Shown here: one piece after another, positions 54,277-62,267 of the stretch
Layout: each line of letters starts with the position of its first letter
Position numbering within the stretch: the stretch's first letter is position 1
DNA from: a bacterium
Lineage (GTDB): Bacteria > Patescibacteriota > Microgenomatia > Woykebacterales > RBG-16-39-9b
DNA: 64,000 nucleotides
Direction of reading: 5' to 3'
NCBI GenBank assembly: GCA_030704665.1
Contig: JAUYID010000009.1
Coordinates: forward strand, 662,462-726,461
Position numbers and translations under genes: made by a program
Notes under the pieces: model-generated
Seen by the model: only the letters and a program-made list of their open reading frames with translations
Databases searched by the model: none
Told to the model about the DNA's origin: nothing

Positions 54277-57045
54277 ATGCTATACTGCTCGGGCTTTGAG
54301 GACCCAACAAAAATGCTAAAGTTTTTTGGCCAACTACTTGATTCAAACGAACGGGAAATAAAAAAACTTCAACCTATTGTTGAGGCGACTGCTGCTTTTG
54401 AGCCAGAACTAAAAAAACTCTCTGCTGCAAAATTAAAGAAGCAAACCGAGGATTTCAAAAAGCGCCTGGAAAAGGGTGAGACTCTTGATGACCTCCTTCC
54501 AGAAGCTTTTGCTACTGTCAGAGAAGCCTTCCGTCGCACTCTTGGGGTGCGGCCCTACGACGTCCAAATCATGGGTGGCACAGTCCTCCACCAAGGCAAA
54601 ATTGCCGAAATGCGCACCGGAGAAGGAAAAACTTTCGTCGCTACTCTACCTCTCTATCTCAACTCTTTGGTTGGTAAAGGCGCTCATCTAGTCACGGTCA
54701 ACGATTATTTGGCTCGTCGTGACGCTGAATGGGTCGGACCGGTCTTTCACTTGCTGGGAGTAAGCGTTGGCGTCATCAACCATGAAAAATCCTATCTTTA
54801 TGACCCCAACCCGAAAACCAAAGAAGATGATGCGGCTGAAGTTCATTTGACGGCTGCTCAAGCCGCCTCCCCAGATTTGGAAGGAATCGGTATTGGTCGT
54901 TTTTTACGAGAAGTGACTCGCACCCAAGCTTATGGGGCTGACATTACCTACGGAACTAACAATGAATATGGCTTTGATTATCTCCGGGACAACATGGCTG
55001 ATAGTTTGGACAATTATGTTCAAAGAGGGCATCACTACGCTATCGTCGATGAAGTTGACTCAATTTTGATTGATGAGGCCCGCACCCCTCTGATCATTTC
55101 CGCTCCAGCCGAAGAATCGACAGAAAAATACTACGAATTTTCTCGTCTCGTCGATAAACTCACTATCGAAACTGATTTTGTCGTTGATGAAAAAATGCGC
55201 ACTGCCTCTCTGACTGAAATCGGGATTGCCAAAATCGAAAAGCTTCTGGGAGTCGACAATTTGTATGAAAAAGATTTTGAAACGATCCATCATCTCGAGG
55301 AGGCTCTCAAATCCAAAACTCTCTTTTTCCGCGACCGCGACTATGTCGTCAAAGATGGCGAGGTCATCATTGTTGATGAATTTACCGGTCGCATGCTCCC
55401 GGGCCGGCGCTACAGTGAAGGCTTGCACCAAGCCATTGAAGCCAAAGAAGGTGTCGAAATTCAGCGGGAGAGCCGCACCTTGGCAACAATTTCTTTCCAA
55501 AATTATTTCCGTCTTTATGAAAAACTCGCCGGTATGACCGGTACAGCCACTACCTCGGCGGAAGAGTTTCACAAAGTTTATACACTGGACGTCATCACCG
55601 TCCCAACCAACAAACCCATGATTAGAAAAGACCTTCCTGATGCAGTCTACAAAACCACGGCTGCCAAATACGAAGCGATCGTCAAGGACGTCGTAGAGCG
55701 ACACAAAAAGGGTCAACCGGTGCTGGTAGCAACCATTGATATCAACAAGAACCAACTTCTAAGTGACTTGCTGAAACGAAAAGGTATCCCTCACGAGCTT
55801 CTCAATGCAAAATCTATCGCCGAGCAAGATGATCGTGAATCAAAAATCATCGCTTCTGCTGGTCAAAAAGGAGCAGTGACTGTCGCCACCAACATTGCCG
55901 GTCGAGGGGTCGATATTAAGCTAGGCGAAGGCGCTGATAAAGCCGGTGGACTGCACATCATTGGCTCAGAACGCCATGACGCTCGGCGCATTGACAACCA
56001 ACTCCGTGGTCGGTCTGGTCGTCAGGGGGACCCGGGTTCAAGTCAATTTTACGTCAGTTTGCAGGACGATTTGATGAAGCTTTTTGGTGGCGACACGGTC
56101 GCCGGTTTGATGAACGCTCTGAAAATTCCCGATGATGTCCCAATCGAAAACCCAGTTGTCTCCAAGTCAATTGAATCGGCTCAAAGTCGCGTCGAAGGCC
56201 AGAATTTTGACAGCCGTAAGCGCGTCGTCGAGTATGACGATGTCATGAACAAACAAAGAGAGGTCATTTACTCGCTACGGCGCGAAATCCTCGAACTGGG
56301 AGACCCGAACAACGAGAATAAGGAAGAGGCTGAAAAAAAGCTGCGCGAAATGGTCTTTCCAAAAATTGAAGAAGAAATCGAGGTTCTCGTCGACACTTCC
56401 TTGGCCGAAACCAAAATTGATCTGGATATTAATCATCTGACGGCCGAATACTTCACGATTCTTCCTTTTGACGAAGCTTCACAGAAAGAAGTTTTGGAAG
56501 AAGTCGGGAAAAAGAAGAGTAGTCCTGAAGAAGTAAAAGACTATCTGAAAGGCCTGGCGAAAAAGGTTTATGAAACTCGCGAGGCTGCTTTGGGAAGAGA
56601 AGTTTCGCGGCAAATCGAAAAACTAGTTTTGATCTCGGTCATCGATACTCTCTGGATCAATCACTTGGAGGATATTGATGATTTGCGTGAAGGTATTGGT
56701 TTGCGTGGTTATGCCCAGCGCGACCCGCTTGTCGAATACAAAGCTGAAGCCTACAAACTTTTTGAGGATCTCATGGACGCGATCGACTACGAAACTGTCC
56801 ACCGTATTTTCAAAGTTCAAGTCCAAACCCAACCCACTCCTCCAGCGGTCCAAACCACGATGACGACTTCTTCCGGGGCTGCCACAGAGTCTCATGCTGG
56901 CCACAACCACCCAGTGGCTGAAGCGGTTCTAGTAGGGGATAAAATCGGCCGCAATGATCCCTGTCCTTGTGGTAGTGGTCTTAAGTACAAAAAATGTGGG
57001 CTTGTAAATAGCCCAACACATCAAGAAAATATGGCTAAAGCCTAA
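54277..57045 (+). CDS. secA: Preprotein translocase ATPase SecA
   Basis: 922 aa with DEAD-like motor motifs (MRTGEGKT, DEVDSILIDEARTPLIIS) and a C-terminal zinc-binding tail CPCGSGLKYKKCG. Confidence 0.97.
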   Translation: MLYCSGFEDPTKMLKFFGQLLDSNEREIKKLQPIVEATAAFEPELKKLSAAKLKKQTEDFKKRLEKGETLDDLLPEAFATVREAFRRTLGVRPYDVQIMGGTVLHQGKIAEMRTGEGKTFVATLPLYLNSLVGKGAHLVTVNDYLARRDAEWVGPVFHLLGVSVGVINHEKSYLYDPNPKTKEDDAAEVHLTAAQAASPDLEGIGIGRFLREVTRTQAYGADITYGTNNEYGFDYLRDNMADSLDNYVQRGHHYAIVDEVDSILIDEARTPLIISAPAEESTEKYYEFSRLVDKLTIETDFVVDEKMRTASLTEIGIAKIEKLLGVDNLYEKDFETIHHLEEALKSKTLFFRDRDYVVKDGEVIIVDEFTGRMLPGRRYSEGLHQAIEAKEGVEIQRESRTLATISFQNYFRLYEKLAGMTGTATTSAEEFHKVYTLDVITVPTNKPMIRKDLPDAVYKTTAAKYEAIVKDVVERHKKGQPVLVATIDINKNQLLSDLLKRKGIPHELLNAKSIAEQDDRESKIIASAGQKGAVTVATNIAGRGVDIKLGEGADKAGGLHIIGSERHDARRIDNQLRGRSGRQGDPGSSQFYVSLQDDLMKLFGGDTVAGLMNALKIPDDVPIENPVVSKSIESAQSRVEGQNFDSRKRVVEYDDVMNKQREVIYSLRREILELGDPNNENKEEAEKKLREMVFPKIEEEIEVLVDTSLAETKIDLDINHLTAEYFTILPFDEASQKEVLEEVGKKKSSPEEVKDYLKGLAKKVYETREAALGREVSRQIEKLVLISVIDTLWINHLEDIDDLREGIGLRGYAQRDPLVEYKAEAYKLFEDLMDAIDYETVHRIFKVQVQTQPTPPAVQTTMTTSSGAATESHAGHNHPVAEAVLVGDKIGRNDPCPCGSGLKYKKCGLVNSPTHQENMAKA

Positions 57046-57050
57046 AACGC
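56982..57050 (+). repeat. Direct repeat copy 1 (DR1): the native secA 3' end, encoding ...KYKKCGLVNSPTHQENMAKA*
   Basis: Template for two downstream degenerate copies. See DR2 and DR3. Confidence 0.7.
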
Positions 57051-57191
57051 CATTAATTTCTCTAAATTATAGGACTAAAAATTAGACTGTTTATAACTTA
57101 TGACGTCCACAAGGAGTCTCAAGACTCTTACTCGTTTATCAAATAGTATCCCAGTCCATCAAAGCTTAATACCAACTAGCTAACAGCCTAC

Positions 57192-57235
57192 TTGACAGCG
57201 AATTGTTGTTTGTTAATATACTTATATATTAAGTA
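57192..57235 (+). promoter_or_regulatory. Sigma70-like promoter (TTGACA-16 bp-TAATAT) overlapping an inverted repeat ATACTTA-tatat-TAAGTAT. Probable MarR autoregulatory operator.
   Basis: Consensus -35 at 57192-57197 and -10 at 57214-57219. 7-bp perfect arms at 57217-57223 / 57229-57235, 17 bp upstream of the marR-family ATG. Confidence 0.55.
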
Positions 57236-57251
57236 TCTAACATAACTTCGT

Positions 57252-57695
57252 ATGTCGACAAGAGACCAACTCATTGAAGAAATTCTGCATAGCCTCCACG
57301 CTATTCGTAATCATATTAAGGCAAAGGCTGTTCATTTGGGGCATCAAAATCATATTACCCACTCCCAATGGTTTATTTTGAAAACTATCGAACACTATAA
57401 AAGCGTAAGTATCAAAGATATAGCGGAAACACTAGGGATGTCTTCAAGTGCTGCAACTCAGCTTGTGGACGGTCTTGTGCAAGCGGGTTTTGTGATAAGA
57501 CAAGAAAACCCCAATGACCGCCGATTGGTACGGTTGGAGCTTTCGCCAAAAGGCAAGAGGCATATCGCTGCTACGAAAGAAAATCGCATAACCGAAATGG
57601 CACAAGTTTTTGACGCATTGAACGATAAGGAACTTGCGGGATACCTGAAATTGCAGAAGAAAATTCTATCAAAATTTTTGCACAAAAAATCTTAA
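57252..57695 (+). CDS. MarR-family transcriptional regulator
   Basis: 147 aa with a winged-HTH region (VSIKDIAETLGMSSSAATQLVDGLVQAGFVIRQENPNDRRLVRLELSPKG). Confidence 0.8.
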   Translation: MSTRDQLIEEILHSLHAIRNHIKAKAVHLGHQNHITHSQWFILKTIEHYKSVSIKDIAETLGMSSSAATQLVDGLVQAGFVIRQENPNDRRLVRLELSPKGKRHIAATKENRITEMAQVFDALNDKELAGYLKLQKKILSKFLHKKS

Positions 57696-57728
57696 CTCAA
57701 ATAAAACAATGCGATTACTAGGACTAAA

Positions 57729-58562
57729 ATGAACACTTTTCTTCAGTATATCGGGAGATATTTTAGATCTATGCATTATGTCACCATTGTTGTTCTACTG
57801 GTGGTAGCACTTGTTGCAAATACCGGCCGTGGATTTCCTGTAAATTTGGCTGTGGCCGTTCTTGTGGCACCCGTCCTGGATGTTGCTATAAAACGCTTTT
57901 GGCTGAAAAAGAAACCAACTCTACCCTTATCAGCAATCATTACGGGCTTGATAATCGGCACTGTATCAGTAAATGCACCCGTTTCTGGAGTTCTTATTGC
58001 CACATTTCTGGCGATAGGTTCTAAATTCATCATTAGGTGGAACGATTTACACATCTTCAATCCAGCTGTGTTTGGCGTGGTTATTGCACAAGTCTTTAAC
58101 CCAGCCGCTCACGGTGCCGTTACCCATGGTTCATCCCAGGTAGTAGAAGGTTTTGGGGTAGGAGGTTTTACTGTAACTCTCTGGCTCGTGCCGCTTTTGA
58201 TATTTGCGAACTGGCGGGCAAGAAAACTGTGGACTTCAATCCCATTTCTGACTGCAACAGCATTGCTTTTCTACTTCACAAGACTCGCAAGTCTCAATTC
58301 ATTCAATACTCAAGGTGTAATGGGATTTCTTGAAGTCCTGCCCTATTATTTTGCATTCATTATTGTTTCAGAACCGAAGACTTCGCCTAGTGCTAAGAAA
58401 GAGCAGGTCTTGTTTGGACTGGCAATCGCAGTTTTTTCCGTTTTGCCTCTAATTGTTTTGGGTTCCTATTCCCACCTCGGAGCACTTGCAGCAGTGCTTC
58501 TTGGAAATTTAATTTATGTGGCTTATCGCACCAGGAAGATAACTAAATCCTTACAAAAATAA
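57729..58562 (+). CDS. Polytopic membrane protein (about 8 TM), possibly NqrB/RnfD-like
   Basis: 277 aa, Gly/Ala-rich TM helices. The family assignment is tentative. Confidence 0.35.
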   Translation: MNTFLQYIGRYFRSMHYVTIVVLLVVALVANTGRGFPVNLAVAVLVAPVLDVAIKRFWLKKKPTLPLSAIITGLIIGTVSVNAPVSGVLIATFLAIGSKFIIRWNDLHIFNPAVFGVVIAQVFNPAAHGAVTHGSSQVVEGFGVGGFTVTLWLVPLLIFANWRARKLWTSIPFLTATALLFYFTRLASLNSFNTQGVMGFLEVLPYYFAFIIVSEPKTSPSAKKEQVLFGLAIAVFSVLPLIVLGSYSHLGALAAVLLGNLIYVAYRTRKITKSLQK

Positions 58563-58693
58563 TTAACTCCTCGGTAGTACAATTAAACAACAATACCATA
58601 GTGATTGAACAAAACTCTTGTGAAGCGACTGCTATGGGGTTTCATTCTGAGGCTATCAGTCTCACCCATTGAACCTATGGGTGGGCCATTATG

Positions 58694-58762
58694 TAAGCAC
58701 TTCAAAAAATGTTGTCTTGTAAATATACCGGCACATCAAGAAAATATTGCTAAGGCAAAAGA
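58694..58762 (+). repeat. Direct repeat copy 2 (DR2): degenerate copy of the secA 3' end (about 80% identical to DR1)
   Basis: taagcacttcaaaaaatgttgtcttgtaaatataccggcacatcaagaaaatattgctaaggcaaaaga versus DR1 taagtacaaaaaatgtgggcttgtaaatagcccaacacatcaagaaaatatggctaaagcctaaaac. Confidence 0.7.
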
Positions 58763-58816
58763 CCGGGTTTAGGACAAGATTGACTAGCTTATTTTTTTGT
58801 ATTATTCTATATATAG

Positions 58817-59347
58817 ATGAAAATCGCTGCCCTGCTCATCTCCTTTCTTATTTTTATCGGCTCTATTACTATTGTTAACGCAGCTGATACCGGAACAGTT
58901 GCTGCCACTGTCACTCCTCAAAGCATTTCTGTAACTGTTACAGATGGTTCAGTCGCCTATGGAACCGTTGATCTTAGTAGTACCCAAGCTACTACTTCTG
59001 GTGGTTTAGATGATACTCAGGTAGCAACCAACAACGGAAATGTAGCTGAAGACTTCAATATCACAAGTACAAATGCAACTGGGGGAACAGCCTGGACTCT
59101 AGCTAGTACTATCGGTACTGATCAATATAAGCATTCTTTTTGTACCGCCGGTGGCGGCAGTCCAGATCCATGTGACAGCACTCCAACCTGGACAGCAATA
59201 ACAACTGCCGGGTCTTATCAGTCTCTTTCAACAAATGTCGCTGCGAGCGGTACAACAAGATTTGACCTCCAACTCAGCACCCCAAGCTCAGTTGCTGACT
59301 ATGTTCAGAAATCTATCACGGTAACTGTCCAAGCAGTCGCTAACTAA
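58817..59347 (+). CDS. Secreted surface protein with a conserved C-terminal domain (WxL-like, Cys pair)
   Basis: Sec signal peptide (MKIAALLISFLIFIGSITIVNA). The C-terminal ~140 aa are collinear with the C-terminus of the 61051 gene: SVAYGTVDLS ... AEDFNI ... AWTL ... SFCTAGGGSPDPCDSTPTWT ... RFDLQL ... VTVQAV. Confidence 0.5.
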   Translation: MKIAALLISFLIFIGSITIVNAADTGTVAATVTPQSISVTVTDGSVAYGTVDLSSTQATTSGGLDDTQVATNNGNVAEDFNITSTNATGGTAWTLASTIGTDQYKHSFCTAGGGSPDPCDSTPTWTAITTAGSYQSLSTNVAASGTTRFDLQLSTPSSVADYVQKSITVTVQAVAN

Positions 59348-59401
59348 GAAATCTCACCACTTTCATTTTCTTTTTGACTTCTGCTATAGTAGCAGCACTT
59401 T

Positions 59402-60016
59402 ATGGGAAAGCTCTGCTTTTTTTTCGTTTTGCTTGTTTTTTTTCTTGCTGTTCCAAAGGCTGCTCTTTCTGATATTGGGGTTGGAGTTGGAACTGGAAAA
59501 ATAGTTTTGAATGAAAAACTAAAACCCGGAGCTACCTACAAACTTCCACCGTTGACGGTCTTTAATACCGGCACCGTGACCGCCACTTATAAGATCAGAC
59601 CAGCGTTCAACGAAAAACAATCTCAAAAAAAACCAAAAGCCTCATGGTTCTCATTTTCACCAGAAAAAATTAGTATTAATCCGAAAAAATCAGAAGTAGT
59701 AACAGCGAGACTTTCTCTGCCTTTATCGGCTCCACCGGGAGATTATTTTGTCTATTTAGAAGCCGTTCCTGATCAAACAGTCCAAAAAGGTACTACCTCT
59801 GTGGGAGTAGCTGCCGCTACAAAACTTTATTTCACGGTGGTCCCAGCCAACTTTCTGATGGCTCTTCTTTATCGAATAATATCAATCTATCAGCAATTTG
59901 CACCTTGGAGCTATCTGCTAACCCTACTTGTAGTATCGATAACGCTAATCATAGTGCTGAGGAGAGTCATTATAAGACTTCTCCTCACAATCGCAAGGCT
60001 GCTAGAAAAGATATGA
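59402..60016 (+). CDS. Membrane-anchored surface protein (signal peptide, ~150-aa beta-rich domain, C-terminal TM); DUF916/DUF3324-like in pattern
   Basis: 204 aa. GKIVLNEKLKPGATYKLPPLTVFNTGTVTATYKIRP ... SWFSFSPEKISINPKKSEVVTARLSLPLSAPPGDYFVYLEA, then a hydrophobic C-terminus. Confidence 0.5.
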   Translation: MGKLCFFFVLLVFFLAVPKAALSDIGVGVGTGKIVLNEKLKPGATYKLPPLTVFNTGTVTATYKIRPAFNEKQSQKKPKASWFSFSPEKISINPKKSEVVTARLSLPLSAPPGDYFVYLEAVPDQTVQKGTTSVGVAAATKLYFTVVPANFLMALLYRIISIYQQFAPWSYLLTLLVVSITLIIVLRRVIIRLLLTIARLLEKI

Positions 60017-60069
60017 CCGAATTAAAGTCGCGACTAATAAAAAATGCCAAAGCCTTCCACAGGGACTTT

Positions 60070-60684
60070 ATGAGAAATTTCTGTTTGATTCTTACCATTT
60101 TTTTCTTTTTTCTATTCGTAGCCGCGCTTCCTACTGTAGCTGACGTAGGCGTAGGCGTGGGCACTGGAAAGATCAATGTCACTGAGAAACTCAAGCCGGG
60201 TGCTAGTTACACTCTTCCACCAATGACCGTCTTTAATACCGGCACCGTGACCGCCACTTATAAGATCAGACCAGCGTTCAACGAAACTCAACCGCAGAAA
60301 AAACCGGATGCGAGTTGGTTTTCCTTTTCCCCTGAAAATTTTACTCTTACAACCAAAGACTCCCAAAGAGTCACACCAAGACTTTCTCTTCCTTTGAGAA
60401 CACCCCCGGGTGATTATTTTGTCTATCTAGAAGCTGTACCCGACAAGACAGTTCAGAAAGGTGACACCTCTGTGGGAGTAGCTGCCGCCACCAAACTTTA
60501 CTTTACTGTTGTACCAGCAAACCTCTTCATGGCCATCCTCTACTGGATTATCTCTTTTTATCAAAACTATGCTCCTTTCAGCTACATTCTTACTGCTCTT
60601 TTTGTCTTTGGTGTCCTGACAACTATCTTTAGAAAATACTTTAACTTTTCATTCAGGATTCAAAAGAAAGGCAGAGGCAGCTAA
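60070..60684 (+). CDS. Membrane-anchored surface protein, tandem paralog of 59402..60016
   Basis: Start chosen at MRNFCLILTIFFFFLF (a signal-peptide-like start). An alternative ATG at 60013 overlaps the upstream stop (ATGA). About 70% aa identity to the paralog, with identical nucleotide blocks. Confidence 0.5.
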   Translation: MRNFCLILTIFFFFLFVAALPTVADVGVGVGTGKINVTEKLKPGASYTLPPMTVFNTGTVTATYKIRPAFNETQPQKKPDASWFSFSPENFTLTTKDSQRVTPRLSLPLRTPPGDYFVYLEAVPDKTVQKGDTSVGVAAATKLYFTVVPANLFMAILYWIISFYQNYAPFSYILTALFVFGVLTTIFRKYFNFSFRIQKKGRGS

Positions 60685-60686
60685 AG

Positions 60687-61010
60687 ATGAAGATCCACAA
60701 TTTTTACTTAATCTTGCTTTTCACAAGCTTCTTCTTTTTGCTCGCTAGCTTCATCCCAAAAAAGGTCTTGGCCAACAATACAGTCACCGCTACTGTCCAA
60801 ATTCGGCCTCCAGCAAAATCAAGTGTCGAGCTGCCTGGATCAAAATTAGACGAGAAGACCTTTGTTTCCCACGAAACCGGTTTATTAAACAAAAGCGGCT
60901 GGAAAAGCTCTATCTTGCAATACGGTCAACTATCACCAGAGGCACTTGAAGTGAGGAAGCAAACTATTTATCTAAAATCGTTGTTGAACTACTTCATCGC
61001 TGGCCCTTAA
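60687..61010 (+). CDS. Small secreted protein (107 aa) related to the N-terminal segment of the membrane-anchored paralogs
   Basis: Signal peptide. NNTVTATVQIRPPAK resembles TGTVTATYKIRPAF in the paralogs. Confidence 0.4.
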   Translation: MKIHNFYLILLFTSFFFLLASFIPKKVLANNTVTATVQIRPPAKSSVELPGSKLDEKTFVSHETGLLNKSGWKSSILQYGQLSPEALEVRKQTIYLKSLLNYFIAGP

Positions 61011-61050
61011 CATACGGTCTAATACTAGCCTTTACTTAATTTGACTAAAC

Positions 61051-62160
61051 ATGATAAACCCTTTTCTTAACTCAAAAAAATCGTTTTTAAAAAGATTTAT
61101 TGTTTTTCTTTTAATTTTATTCTGGTTATTGTCCGGTTGGCCACCCCTTTGGCAAAATCCCAGCTTCCCACCAAAAATTGGTTTTGTCCAAGCTAGTACT
61201 CTGACCAAAACGTTTACTTTTGATGCAGATACCGAAAGTTGGACCGCCACTGCCTGTGGAGCTGCCGGAGCAACTTGCGCTTGGCAATCCAGTGCTGGTA
61301 GCCCAGCCAATGGAAGTTTGGAAGAGCCGGAAACCAGAAAAAACAAAAGTGGAACCTGGACTTGGGAACTTTCTGGAATTTCGTGGGAGAGCCTTGGCGT
61401 ACCGACAGGTAGTGTTGTAACTGTCGTTGATGGTTCCTACAACCACACCATGGCTACTTGTACGAATTGTAACACTACCGGAGGAAATACATCCGGCACT
61501 TTATCGATCCGCGACTCAGGAGATACCACAACAGTCACTACTCTGGAAACAGAAGTTTCTTACACTGGCGCTACTAGTTGGGCGGCTCGTAATGCTTCTG
61601 GTGCCCAGTCCATCGGTGCTTCTTACCAAGCAAGTTCAACCGGCATTATTCTGCGTCTTTCCGGTAGTATCCAAACCAACAATGTTAACGGTGCGGCCGC
61701 TGTGATAAGACAAGACCAAATCTCCATGGTAATCACCTACACCACTCCAGTGATCTCCGTTTCTATCAGTGACGGCTCTACCGCTTACGGAACCTTGGCA
61801 GTAAATACCAACGAAGATACCACCTCCTCGGGCTTAAACGATACCCAGGTAGCAACCAACGACGGTGACGCTGCCGAAGATTTCAATATCAAAGGACAAT
61901 CTAGTGCTGCTTGGACTCTTGGTGCTAGCGCCGGTAGTGAACAGTATGTCCATTCTTTCTGTACTTCGGGGACTGGTAGTCCAGATCCCTGTGACAGTAG
62001 TCCGACTTGGACAACCCTAACTACAGGTTATACAACTTTGGCCAGTAATATTGCTACTAGCGGTACTCAACGCTTCGACCTGAAAATTACGACACCTACA
62101 TCTACCACCGCCACCACCCAACAAAGCGTCAATGTGACAATACAGGCAGTTCTCCACTAA
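61051..62160 (+). CDS. Large secreted surface protein (369 aa) with the same conserved C-terminal domain as 58817..59347
   Basis: Signal/TM N-terminus and a Thr/Ser-rich middle region. C-terminus: STAYGTLAVN ... AEDFNIKG ... AAWTL ... SFCTSGTGSPDPCDSSPTWTTL ... RFDLKI ... VTIQAV. Confidence 0.5.
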   Translation: MINPFLNSKKSFLKRFIVFLLILFWLLSGWPPLWQNPSFPPKIGFVQASTLTKTFTFDADTESWTATACGAAGATCAWQSSAGSPANGSLEEPETRKNKSGTWTWELSGISWESLGVPTGSVVTVVDGSYNHTMATCTNCNTTGGNTSGTLSIRDSGDTTTVTTLETEVSYTGATSWAARNASGAQSIGASYQASSTGIILRLSGSIQTNNVNGAAAVIRQDQISMVITYTTPVISVSISDGSTAYGTLAVNTNEDTTSSGLNDTQVATNDGDAAEDFNIKGQSSAAWTLGASAGSEQYVHSFCTSGTGSPDPCDSSPTWTTLTTGYTTLASNIATSGTQRFDLKITTPTSTTATTQQSVNVTIQAVLH

Positions 62161-62173
62161 TTCAGCTATATCA

Positions 62174-62246
62174 CGAGCACTTCAAGAAGTGTGGTCTTAC
62201 CGACTCACCCCAACACCAGGAAAACCTGGTTAAAGCCCAAACATAA
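62174..62246 (+). repeat. Direct repeat copy 3 (DR3): more diverged copy of the secA 3' end
   Basis: gagcacttcaagaagtgtggtcttaccgactcaccccaacaccaggaaaacctggttaaagcccaaacataa. Its conceptual translation HFKKCGLTDSPQHQENLVKAQT* mirrors the SecA tail YKKCGLVNSPTHQENMAKA*. Confidence 0.6.
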
Positions 62247-62267
62247 CTGCTTTTCCACAAAAACAAT

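Noticed and set aside
62161-62250. Small ORF encoding a SecA-tail-like peptide (HFKKCGLTDSPQHQENLVKAQT) downstream of the last surface-protein gene
   Set aside because: It has no start codon or RBS in frame and is out of frame with the upstream gene. I interpreted it as a decayed copy of the secA 3' end (DR3), not a gene.
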